Virus record (IMG/VR): IMGVR_UViG_3300042691_013609
Span: 1-64,000 of that record
Strand: one strand, 5' to 3'
DNA: 64,000 bases
Origin: a virus
This document shows positions 10,171-19,583 of the stretch, piece after piece. The position numbers and the translations under genes are program-made. Each line of letters starts with the position of its first letter. Position 1 is the stretch's first letter. The notes beneath the pieces were generated by a model. It searched no databases and was not told where the DNA came from. It saw nothing but the letters and a program-made list of their open reading frames with translations.

Positions 10171-10340
10171 TGAAGATAATTTATTGGGTTGTATCTAGAA
10201 ATAATTCTAATATAAATCATTTTTCAGTAACAGGGGAGGGTAGTATTGAAGAGGAATGCTATGTTGATGCTATAAACAAAGTAAATGAAATGGTTCCTTT
10301 TCAAAAAAACGTTCAATTACAGAAGATAACTACTATATGA
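10170..10340 (+). CDS. hypothetical protein (56 aa)
   Basis: TAATG coupling to the upstream stop and ATGA coupling to the downstream start; MKIIYWVVSRNN... Confidence 0.6.
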   Translation: MKIIYWVVSRNNSNINHFSVTGEGSIEEECYVDAINKVNEMVPFQKNVQLQKITTI

Positions 10341-11014
10341 AGATAAGGGATATTATATCTAGATTTAGACATTTTGGAGAAGATATGTCTGGGTATGTAA
10401 GTGATGACACTTCATACTCAGATCTTGCTATTTATGACCAATTAGTTACAGCTAGATCTGTTATAGCACACGATAGGGCTAAAACAGCAAAAGAATATTT
10501 TTCAGATGCTATGTTTCAAACACTACCATGTGTTATGTTTGAAGAGGTTGATTCAAATGAATGCGGTTTAATACCTCCATCTGGTTGTAAAATATTAAAA
10601 TCAACTTGTCCTATACCAAATACATTGAAGCTTATTTCAGTAACTAGCCAGTTAGGAAATAAGACATTTGATTTAGTTAGATGGGATCAGGCTGAAGGAA
10701 AACTTAATAGCAGAATAAAATCTATTAAGGATTCTACTTTTGCTACAATGAGGAAAATCGGTGAGAACCATTATCTTTATTTATTAAATAATGAAAATTT
10801 AAAAAACGCAGTTATAGTTGCGATTTTTGAAGATCCTGTAAAAGCGGCTCAATTTTGTGGGGATAAAGAGGCTTTGTGTAATCCGCTGGATTTAGATTTC
10901 CATACTGATTATAAGTTAATTGACCCTATATTAAAATACACTTGGGATACAGCAGTAAGTGTCAGAAGAGCAGCTAAACCGGATTTAGCTAATGACGACA
11001 CAAACTCTCAATAA
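10337..11014 (+). CDS. crAss-like tail ring/adaptor protein
   Basis: FQTLPCV..EEVD..EC....GCKILKS..PIP and AIFEDP motifs; position upstream of IHF-like/Ttub/Tstab genes. Confidence 0.6.
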   Translation: MKIRDIISRFRHFGEDMSGYVSDDTSYSDLAIYDQLVTARSVIAHDRAKTAKEYFSDAMFQTLPCVMFEEVDSNECGLIPPSGCKILKSTCPIPNTLKLISVTSQLGNKTFDLVRWDQAEGKLNSRIKSIKDSTFATMRKIGENHYLYLLNNENLKNAVIVAIFEDPVKAAQFCGDKEALCNPLDLDFHTDYKLIDPILKYTWDTAVSVRRAAKPDLANDDTNSQ

Positions 11015-11562
11015 TGAATAAAAAGGAAGTAAGATCAAACTTCGAGCAAACTGGAATAGACTGCAAACTTACAAACCACAATTGGGATAAAAGTAAAAAA
11101 GGTAAAGTAAGATTTGCATATATGCTTACTCATCTCCACGATTATTACGTAAGCAAATTAAAGAATGAAGGCAGGCAACCAACTTTAGATAAAAAAGATT
11201 GGATGCTATTCATAAAAAGTTATTTAAAAGCGGTAGCGGAAAGAACGGTTTCTGAAGGTTTCATATTCATAATGCCATATCATTTAGGCAGAAGGTATAT
11301 GAAAAAATCAAATAGAAGAGGATTTGTACCAAACCCGAAAGAAAATAAGTTTTCACAAACTTTAAATCTTCATTCTTTTAGAAAATTTTATAGTATCAAA
11401 TGGGATAAAGAATTAGCTCATTTCAAGAATAGAACCTTATGGAGGCTGGACACTTGTTCTGAAGTTGATTCTATGGTGGTAGATGAAGTTAAAAATAATA
11501 ACAAACCACTATTAGACAGACCTCTTATTGGGTTCGCCCATAAGGAGTCTAAATGGACTTAA
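11014..11562 (+). CDS. basic IHF/HU-like protein of the crAss-like tail block
   Basis: Lys/Arg-rich, F.MPY.LG motif, synteny between ring and tail-tube genes. Confidence 0.5.
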   Translation: MNKKEVRSNFEQTGIDCKLTNHNWDKSKKGKVRFAYMLTHLHDYYVSKLKNEGRQPTLDKKDWMLFIKSYLKAVAERTVSEGFIFIMPYHLGRRYMKKSNRRGFVPNPKENKFSQTLNLHSFRKFYSIKWDKELAHFKNRTLWRLDTCSEVDSMVVDEVKNNNKPLLDRPLIGFAHKESKWT

Positions 11563-11571
11563 TAAAAAACT

Positions 11572-12543
11572 ATGGCAAACTTTAACTACATACCATTAGA
11601 CCCTATTATAGAGGATTGGATAGAAGATAATAAATTAACCCAAGATCAAGTATCAAAAACAAGATTGAAGAGGTGGGCGGTTGATATCGCTAAAGACTTT
11701 CTTACAGTAGATGCATCTAAACATAAGATAGCTGTCCTACAAGTAAACAATACAAAAGCTGAATTACCGGCGGACTTTCATACAATAATATCTGTTGCTT
11801 ACAGAATTTATGATGATAAAAAAGATTGTACTACGGTACAAAGAGTTAGCCAATATACGCAAAGACAATACGGGCAAGATTGTGATTTAGAGATAAGAGT
11901 TAAATGCAATAAATGCCAAAGTACAGATTGTTCTTGCAATAGAGGAGTGGTAGAAGTCGATGTAAATAAAATATGGGAAATGGAAAATCCTTGGTACTAT
12001 AATGCATCAAGATTTGGAAGACCCTTAGATTCAACAGACTTATACGACCCAAAAAGAGAAAACGGATTTAGGTTGATGGCCTATTCAACAAATCCATATC
12101 ACAATGCACAATACCATGTTCCCAGCTGTGTAAACCTGCATTGCCACAATTGTGAGTTTCATTACACAATTGATCTGCCTTTCATCGAGACAGACATAAT
12201 GACCAAAAATGAGAACGCTGAACTGTTAATCTCTTATTTAGGAAAGAGGACAGATCACAAAGGAGACCCGCTTATTCCAGACATTACTTCTGCCATTGAA
12301 GCTATTGAATACCAGCTTTCATATAAATGGTATAGAGGTGAGTTTGTATCCACTGGGTCTCCTATCGCTCAGAGGATGTATCAAGAAAGCGAACAAAAAA
12401 GAGATAGATCCGCAGGAAGAGCTAAGACTGAATTGGCAATCCCAGATAAGGATGAATTCATTGCATTTACTTCCGAAATTCTTGGAAATAGGCCAAGAGT
12501 AAACGGCCCTACTTTTACTAGAAATATAACTACGAAATACTAA
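11572..12543 (+). CDS. tail tubular/ring protein (P22 gp4-like, crAss Ttub)
   Basis: KAELPADF and ISYLG..D..GDPLIPD...IEAIEY motifs; directly upstream of the stabilisation protein. Confidence 0.65.
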   Translation: MANFNYIPLDPIIEDWIEDNKLTQDQVSKTRLKRWAVDIAKDFLTVDASKHKIAVLQVNNTKAELPADFHTIISVAYRIYDDKKDCTTVQRVSQYTQRQYGQDCDLEIRVKCNKCQSTDCSCNRGVVEVDVNKIWEMENPWYYNASRFGRPLDSTDLYDPKRENGFRLMAYSTNPYHNAQYHVPSCVNLHCHNCEFHYTIDLPFIETDIMTKNENAELLISYLGKRTDHKGDPLIPDITSAIEAIEYQLSYKWYRGEFVSTGSPIAQRMYQESEQKRDRSAGRAKTELAIPDKDEFIAFTSEILGNRPRVNGPTFTRNITTKY

Positions 12544-12548
12544 AAACT

Positions 12549-15500
12549 ATGGCAGTTGCCGATTTAACAAATACGTTTGAGAAAGGGATGCTACAGGACT
12601 CCCTGAAGTATCTCCAGGTGGGCGGTACGTACCGATACGCTAGGAATATGACGAAGGGGGATAGGAATGCTATCGGCTATGGTTTGGCGGTTGAAGAAAG
12701 CAATAAAAAAGTACATACCTTTGATCATAAAGTAGTAGGTGCATATTACGTAGAGTCATTAGATGCTTCTGTTTATTTCACAGCAGACGGATCTATACAC
12801 TTATTTGACCATACAAAATTAGAGTCTACTTTTGTCTGTAAAGACGAAGAGTTTGGTTGTGATTGGAATTTTAGAGAATGTGAATGGATTTCAGCCACAT
12901 TTAAAACAGACCAACCATGCGATGAGACAAAGGTGTATTGGTCTTCTGGTTGTGACTATTATGTAGTTAACATCACAGAGATGTTAAATCCAAAAAGAAA
13001 GAAGGCCATTGTAGATGGAATAGCTAATGAATATTCCAGTGCATGTACTTATACTTGTGATTATTTTAAGTTAATGAAATGTATTTGTTCTCCTAATTTA
13101 ACACCTATTATTTCAGATAAAGGAGGGCACAAATTAACAGGAGGTACTTACCAATTTTTGGTACAATTGGAAGACAATGGCGGAAACACTACGAATTGGT
13201 TTTCTGCAACTGATCCAGTATCAGTACCATCTGAAAATAATCAGCCGGGAGAAATGTCGCTTTCTTCTATAAAAGTACATATAACAAATTTAGATTGTAG
13301 ATACGATAAAGTAAATATCGCTGTTATAAAAACAGTCGATGGAGTATCTACTGCTAGAATAGTAGAGACAAGACATTATACTACAGATGGTATTACTTAT
13401 ACCTATTATGGTCAGGACAGAGGAAGAGATATATCTCTTTTAGAGATCCAGGCGAAAAGAAAAATGTTTATAAAGGGGCAGGATTTAATACAGAAAGATT
13501 CTCAATTATACCTATATAACATAAGACAAGAGAAAAACTTAAATATGCAGAGGAGGGTACTGGATGAAGCAGTACTTTCTTTCATTGAGATTGAGACTAC
13601 CGCAAAGATGGTTGAAAAACACGGAATGCGGACTTTAGAGAGGGGAGAAAATTATTTATTTGGTGTTGTGTACAACTATTGTGACGGAACACACTCCCCT
13701 GTTTTTTTAATGAAACCAAATGGAGGGGAAACTTTACCTGGGGCAAAACCTGTTAATCTTAATGACTCAACAGGTACAGATCAAAAAGTTACAAGGCCGA
13801 GAGGGTCTGCTTCAGGAGAAGGAGGTCTTTTAGGATGTCCAGGAGGTAGATGTGGAGGATGTGCTTCTGGCGGTTGTGGATCTGGAGGATCTTCCGGATC
13901 TTTCCAAGGTTTGTCAATACCAACACCAGGCGATAATAATGATAATGATGTATCAGGAAATGGTGTTTTAGGCAACATACAAAATTGGGACACAAATATA
14001 CAAGACACAGTTGATGCCGCTAAATGTGATGATTGTACGGAGCCTTGGTGCTGCGATCAAGAAACTTCTGAATGTATAGACTGCGGAAGCAATAATTGTG
14101 AAGGATGTCAAAAAGATGAGGAAGCTATCGCAAATGATATGCCAAACATCCAAGACATCATCGGTAAGCACACTGACGAGCTCACAAAAGCTATATTAGA
14201 TAAAGATCCTGATTATCCTTCGCAAACATTTAAAACTGCCGCAGAAGAGCTTATAAAGGCTACAAATGAAGCAGAGTTTATTGTTGTAAAAAAGAGTGAT
14301 TTTAAAATATCAGTAAGCACAGGATCTTCAAGTACAGGTGGCGGGGGTCCAATTTTAGGTATAGCTTCAGATGAAGGTGGAGGTGGTGGTAACCAAACAC
14401 CTCCTGCCAGATCAGATTGGGCTGACGAATACACAGATGGAAATGGAGAATTCTTATTAGAAGAAGAGCCAAAAGTTGTAGGTAGATTTGCTCCAGGAGT
14501 AAAAGAAACGGAGGAAAGATATCCAGATTCAGTAGATTGTGATGGTGAATTTTTATACGGCTCAATGGCCAATAAAAAATTACAGTTATTTAGAACACCA
14601 GTATCTGATGTATCTCCTATAGTAGAACCAACAGCGGTTAATGTGCCTTCAAAATATTCAACCACTGATCCAATATATGCTGTAAAAATAAGACTTTTAG
14701 GTCTTGAAGTTAATAACGTCCCACAACCTACAGACGAAGATTTACCAAAACCTTTATGTCCAAATAACCCTTATTCTATTGTAATGGTTCAAAGGGACGA
14801 AATTAATAGTACTGTACAGGCTAAAGGTATATTTTTTGGCACTTTTGAGGCAAATGCTGGCGATGCAGTTTACACATACCCAAGACACGCAGCTAATTCT
14901 AACACAAGAGTTGATAGATGGATTGGGACAGCTGATAACTCTAGAAGAGACTACAGTAAACCAGGCCCTGGTCCAGGGTTATGTTTTTTTGGTTTAGATA
15001 CAGCTATAGGAAAAGTAGGTCTTTCTGGAAAAACCCTTAGAGTTGAAGGCACATACAGAGGGACTGGTTTTAGATATGGGTTATACGAAAAAGGTAAAGA
15101 GCCATCAGAAGCTTTAACTGGAAGAAGAATTGACCAAAGAGGAACTAGACAATATTTAAACTTAAATGCCCCTTTTGTAAATATAAAAGGGCAACTATTC
15201 TTTGATAGGTCTAAGGAATATTCTATAAATACTGTAGGGTATATAGAAGCAGATTCTGTTTCGGAAATAACCGGGGCTAAAAATAGGGTATCATCAAAAA
15301 ATAGAGAAAGTTTTGTTTATATAGAGTCAGATTTTAAAGAGTCGGATACTGATGATTCTTTCAAAACAGACACTTTAAATCATCAAAAAGGAATAAGTGG
15401 CTTTGGTAGATATGCTGCCATAGTGAGAGACATACCAGATCAATACGGTTCAGTTAATGGAATGTCTTTTATAAAGACTGGTTTAGAACCAAGAGGTTTT

Positions 15501-17618
15501 GGAAATACTTATAAAGGTATTGTTGGAGATACTTTTATTGGTCCTTATTCTTTTGTTAGAAAAGCATATGTATCAGATAAAGTAGGTAACTCATTTCCTA
15601 CCCCAGAAAGAGACAGAACTGTATGTGATAGCCCGAATGATTTATTATTACAACAATTTGGTTTAGATTTTTACTCCACAAAATTACCTATAAGCGGCGA
15701 TAGATCTGATGCTAAAAACTGGGCAGGTGGATATTTAGATGGTATTGGTGAGGGTGATCCCCAGTTCGACTATTATTATCCAAAAGTAGTTAAAACATTA
15801 ATAACAACTTGGGTAGAAAGTAGAATTAATCCATGGTATAGAGCAACTGGTTTTGCCAGCGGTAAAGAAAGTGGTGAAGTGTTTTATCCTAAGTTAAAAG
15901 ATCTATATTTAGATAGTAATTCAAATTCTCAAAAACACCCTTGGGAAGAATCATTCTTAAATAGATTTTATTATAGACTTGAGCAGCCGTCAGTAGCACA
16001 GCTTTTAAGAAAATATATAATAAAGACAATTATATTAATGGCCTTGCCTATGTTAGGTTTAGATAACCTAAACGATATGGAAGGCCCATTAGATACCACA
16101 GCCACTTTGTTAACTGCTCCAATTATGACAGCCTATTGGTATGTTATGAAGAACTTGTTAACAAGGAATGACTACTTAGATAGGATGCTTGGATTACCTT
16201 CCTGCCAAACAGACGCTGCCGGCGGAGAACCAGATAATTTTATAGAGAACTTTGAAGATAATTACCATGCGTACAATTATGACCACAGTAGGCTTAATAT
16301 TGTCAATGTATATCAGACTATGCCGTCTAACTATAATACATGCGATTGCGACGATTGCCTTAATAACCAAACTACTAATGAAGTCTTTTACTCAGGGAAA
16401 CAAGTCCAAGGTTCGCAAATAGATTTCTATAAACAATTCAAAGCATTAAGTTACTTAGTCATACCGGCAGATATAGGCAAGTTAAGAAAAATGTTTAATG
16501 TAAATGGAGATTTTTATGCACATACTTCTGATTTTATTATTCCTTTAAAATTCAAGAATGTAAATATTCAAACATCTATTGGAACGACAATGCTTGGTGG
16601 AGACCAGATATTAGACGAACCAACTCCATTCTTTGAAGGTGTACAAGAAGGTTTTGCTGGAAATATAGATCCGAATGCAGCCGTTAATACACAACTAGGA
16701 TATGTCTTTATTGACAGGGCAGCTAAAAAGATTTTCTTATTTAATGGCAAATCCCCTACTGATATTTCAGCTATAGGCATGAGCAGATTCTTCAATGAAC
16801 ATTTAGATATCTGCGAAGTTGATGACTGCCATGACGAAAAGAATGAAGATGGAACTTATTACTCAATAGGATACGACCCAGAATTCAAGAGACTTTTATT
16901 AACTAAAAAAGAATTGGACGAAGAGAAATCTTTTACAATGTCTTTAGATATGTCTAGCGAAAATCCAACTTGGGTATCATTCCATGACTATATACCGCAA
17001 CATTACATTTGGGATAGATCTAAACTTTATAGTATAAAAGATAAGTCTATTTACATGCACAATGCAAATGACGGTACTTACCGAACATTCTATGAAGAAG
17101 AGCATCCATCAGAAATAGAATTTGTAGCAGTTGGCGATTCAGAATCTTTTACTTACGACCACACATTTATAAATACTGAGGCGGAAAAAAATCAAGTAAA
17201 GAATTTAGATGAGACTTTCAATAAGATAGCTGCATATAATACAACAGAAGGTACTGGAACTAGGAACACAACTGTATTTGGTGATAATGCAGATACAAGA
17301 TTAAATCCAAATGCGGAGTACACAGAAACTGGCGATATAAAATTACATAAAGTAAAAAGAGGTTTTAGATTTAATACCTTAAAAGACAATGTAAAAAAGA
17401 ATTGCGGCGAGTATCCTTTAACTATAAAAGAAGAATGTAAACCAATAGAGAAAATAAACGAAAGCATCTTTAGTAATTCCCCGGAACAAAGAAGATCCTA
17501 CAGAGGAAAAGTACTACAAGATGACCATATAGTATACAGGTTTACATACGACAAAGACAAAGAAACTTTATTAAGACTACTAAGCGTAAAAACATATGCA
17601 AGCAAGGAAATTAGGTAA
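12549..17618 (+). CDS. tail stabilisation/muzzle protein (P22 gp10-like, crAss Tstab)
   Basis: N-terminal NTFEKGM..D....GTYRYARN; C-terminal IGYDPEFKR and WVSFHDYIP; 1689 aa. Confidence 0.75.
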   Translation: MAVADLTNTFEKGMLQDSLKYLQVGGTYRYARNMTKGDRNAIGYGLAVEESNKKVHTFDHKVVGAYYVESLDASVYFTADGSIHLFDHTKLESTFVCKDEEFGCDWNFRECEWISATFKTDQPCDETKVYWSSGCDYYVVNITEMLNPKRKKAIVDGIANEYSSACTYTCDYFKLMKCICSPNLTPIISDKGGHKLTGGTYQFLVQLEDNGGNTTNWFSATDPVSVPSENNQPGEMSLSSIKVHITNLDCRYDKVNIAVIKTVDGVSTARIVETRHYTTDGITYTYYGQDRGRDISLLEIQAKRKMFIKGQDLIQKDSQLYLYNIRQEKNLNMQRRVLDEAVLSFIEIETTAKMVEKHGMRTLERGENYLFGVVYNYCDGTHSPVFLMKPNGGETLPGAKPVNLNDSTGTDQKVTRPRGSASGEGGLLGCPGGRCGGCASGGCGSGGSSGSFQGLSIPTPGDNNDNDVSGNGVLGNIQNWDTNIQDTVDAAKCDDCTEPWCCDQETSECIDCGSNNCEGCQKDEEAIANDMPNIQDIIGKHTDELTKAILDKDPDYPSQTFKTAAEELIKATNEAEFIVVKKSDFKISVSTGSSSTGGGGPILGIASDEGGGGGNQTPPARSDWADEYTDGNGEFLLEEEPKVVGRFAPGVKETEERYPDSVDCDGEFLYGSMANKKLQLFRTPVSDVSPIVEPTAVNVPSKYSTTDPIYAVKIRLLGLEVNNVPQPTDEDLPKPLCPNNPYSIVMVQRDEINSTVQAKGIFFGTFEANAGDAVYTYPRHAANSNTRVDRWIGTADNSRRDYSKPGPGPGLCFFGLDTAIGKVGLSGKTLRVEGTYRGTGFRYGLYEKGKEPSEALTGRRIDQRGTRQYLNLNAPFVNIKGQLFFDRSKEYSINTVGYIEADSVSEITGAKNRVSSKNRESFVYIESDFKESDTDDSFKTDTLNHQKGISGFGRYAAIVRDIPDQYGSVNGMSFIKTGLEPRGFGNTYKGIVGDTFIGPYSFVRKAYVSDKVGNSFPTPERDRTVCDSPNDLLLQQFGLDFYSTKLPISGDRSDAKNWAGGYLDGIGEGDPQFDYYYPKVVKTLITTWVESRINPWYRATGFASGKESGEVFYPKLKDLYLDSNSNSQKHPWEESFLNRFYYRLEQPSVAQLLRKYIIKTIILMALPMLGLDNLNDMEGPLDTTATLLTAPIMTAYWYVMKNLLTRNDYLDRMLGLPSCQTDAAGGEPDNFIENFEDNYHAYNYDHSRLNIVNVYQTMPSNYNTCDCDDCLNNQTTNEVFYSGKQVQGSQIDFYKQFKALSYLVIPADIGKLRKMFNVNGDFYAHTSDFIIPLKFKNVNIQTSIGTTMLGGDQILDEPTPFFEGVQEGFAGNIDPNAAVNTQLGYVFIDRAAKKIFLFNGKSPTDISAIGMSRFFNEHLDICEVDDCHDEKNEDGTYYSIGYDPEFKRLLLTKKELDEEKSFTMSLDMSSENPTWVSFHDYIPQHYIWDRSKLYSIKDKSIYMHNANDGTYRTFYEEEHPSEIEFVAVGDSESFTYDHTFINTEAEKNQVKNLDETFNKIAAYNTTEGTGTRNTTVFGDNADTRLNPNAEYTETGDIKLHKVKRGFRFNTLKDNVKKNCGEYPLTIKEECKPIEKINESIFSNSPEQRRSYRGKVLQDDHIVYRFTYDKDKETLLRLLSVKTYASKEIR

Positions 17619-19554
17619 AATAAAAAGCCAAGGGATCTACCAATCAGGTGGGCCCCTTGGCAACTTTTTTGGTCAAACAGGCATAACAGATCCAAGTTCT
17701 TATTTTAAATCATACGGGCAAGCTGGCGATGCTTATAAAGGAATTTTTGGAGATGTCCAAAGTTCTGGGATGTTTGCCACAAGAGCACCACTTCCAGAGT
17801 GGGGAGACCAAACTGCCGAACAATATAGGCAGAAAGTAATATCAAACATGAAGTTAAAGAAAGTTGGTGACAAATATGAAACACCAGACGGACAATCTTT
17901 AACTTATGATGAAATTACAGACTTAGCCGGAAAGCTTTACGATCAAACAAAAGAAACTAATAAATCTTTCAACGAGGGAGCTCCAATGGCAGCCCAAATG
18001 GCGGGTTTGTTAGATTTAGGAAGAAGAGAGCAGGATGAGTTAAAAAACAAAAAAGAGACTATACAAAATTACCCAGTAGTTAAATCTTCATTTGCCCCAT
18101 CAGGTTTTGCAGAACAAGGTGGCTACAACAATTTAGTTAGTTTATTTGTTAATGGAGGGCAGCAGGCTATGGGATATAAGGATAATAGCCCTTATAGAAA
18201 CATGCCTTCTCAAGAATTTTACACAGATACGTTAACCATGGATGGTGTTAGCCGACCAATAATGGCTGTACCAAATGTAGGAAAACCTGTTGTGATGGCC
18301 CCTAATGGTGGTAATTATTATTTCCCAGGTGCTTCCCAAATAACAGAAGTTCCAATGGCGAGAGAGGGCGGAAATATGTATAAAGAAGATATAGACCATG
18401 CAAAGTTTGGTGACTTCTTTAAAAAAGTAGGTAATGTAGTTAGTGATTATGGAAGAGGTATGGCTGATTCTTTTGGTAATATGACTGGGTTATACGATAT
18501 TGGAAACGAAGGTTACAAAACAAAGTTTGGAAGAAAAATAGCTGGAAGTGTAGACAAGTATTCAAGAGGTATTGGTAAAGTAGTAGATCTAGCTGCTACA
18601 ACTTTAGGAGGACCCCTTGGTGGTGCTATTGTAGGCACTAAGAACGCAGCAGGCAAAATGATTAATCCCCAAGGTTTAGGTGCCGCACAAGAGCAAAGAA
18701 ATGCCGAAAGAGCCGATATGTTAAGTTCTTTAGATCCAACAGGAAGAAATAAAGGTATGGCAGGATTATCTTCTTTATTAGGAGGTTCTGGAGGAGCTGG
18801 TGGACTTGGAGCATTAGGAGGACTCCTTGGAGGAGCAGGTGGTGGTTTAGGTGGTCTTCTTGGAGGAGCAGGTGGGGCTGGTGGAATGCTTGGGGGTTTA
18901 CTTGGTGGAGGTTTACCTTTTGGAGAACAAGGAGGTAGAGCTTCCTATAGTAACTTAGTTAATTTATTCCAAGAGGGTGGTGAGCCACAAATGCAAATGA
19001 CTGAGGAAGAAATGGCAGCTATGGGCGGAATCCAAGAAGGGAATAAATTCATGGAATTGCCAAAAGAACAACAAATAGAAGTATATAAATCTTTAATAGA
19101 TTTCATATTAGAAAATGGGATAGACGCTTTAGAGGAACAATATCCAGAAGAGTACGAGTTCTTTGATATATTTAATGATTTCATAGAGGAGGCCGGAAGA
19201 GAGGATAACGAAGAAAATGACGATCAGGAGGAGGATGATAATGAAGAAGAAGGAAGTACTGTACAAGGAATGGCTAATGGCGGAATACCACAAAGATATA
19301 AAAATCTAGGATTTACTAAAGTAGGACAAAAAAGGCAATCCACAAGACCTGGTAAAAAGTGGATGGTGTTGGCTAAAAAAGGAGACCAATATAAAGTAGT
19401 CCACGGAGGCGCAAAAGGAATGTCTGATTTTACAAAACATAAAAACTTAAAAAGAAGAAAAAGATTCTGGGATAGAATGGGCGGAACGAACTCGTCAAAA
19501 GCAACAGATCCGTTCTCACCTCTATACTGGCATAAAAGATTTGGAACCTGGTAA
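17596..19554 (+). CDS. putative internal virion protein with xxxGG repeats and a basic C-terminal DUF5754-like domain
   Basis: YQSGG/AEQGG/FVNGG/AREGG/FQEGG/MANGG; Gly-Leu tract; acidic tract; STRPGKKWMV...VHGG..GMSDFTKHK...SPLYW. Confidence 0.65.
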   Translation: MQARKLGKIKSQGIYQSGGPLGNFFGQTGITDPSSYFKSYGQAGDAYKGIFGDVQSSGMFATRAPLPEWGDQTAEQYRQKVISNMKLKKVGDKYETPDGQSLTYDEITDLAGKLYDQTKETNKSFNEGAPMAAQMAGLLDLGRREQDELKNKKETIQNYPVVKSSFAPSGFAEQGGYNNLVSLFVNGGQQAMGYKDNSPYRNMPSQEFYTDTLTMDGVSRPIMAVPNVGKPVVMAPNGGNYYFPGASQITEVPMAREGGNMYKEDIDHAKFGDFFKKVGNVVSDYGRGMADSFGNMTGLYDIGNEGYKTKFGRKIAGSVDKYSRGIGKVVDLAATTLGGPLGGAIVGTKNAAGKMINPQGLGAAQEQRNAERADMLSSLDPTGRNKGMAGLSSLLGGSGGAGGLGALGGLLGGAGGGLGGLLGGAGGAGGMLGGLLGGGLPFGEQGGRASYSNLVNLFQEGGEPQMQMTEEEMAAMGGIQEGNKFMELPKEQQIEVYKSLIDFILENGIDALEEQYPEEYEFFDIFNDFIEEAGREDNEENDDQEEDDNEEEGSTVQGMANGGIPQRYKNLGFTKVGQKRQSTRPGKKWMVLAKKGDQYKVVHGGAKGMSDFTKHKNLKRRKRFWDRMGGTNSSKATDPFSPLYWHKRFGTW

Positions 19555-19583
19555 TAAAAATAAAATAATAAAAACTATAACAA

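Noticed and set aside
18770-18915. GGL-type nucleotide repeats
   Set aside because: Simply encode the Gly/Leu/Ala tract of the 652-aa protein
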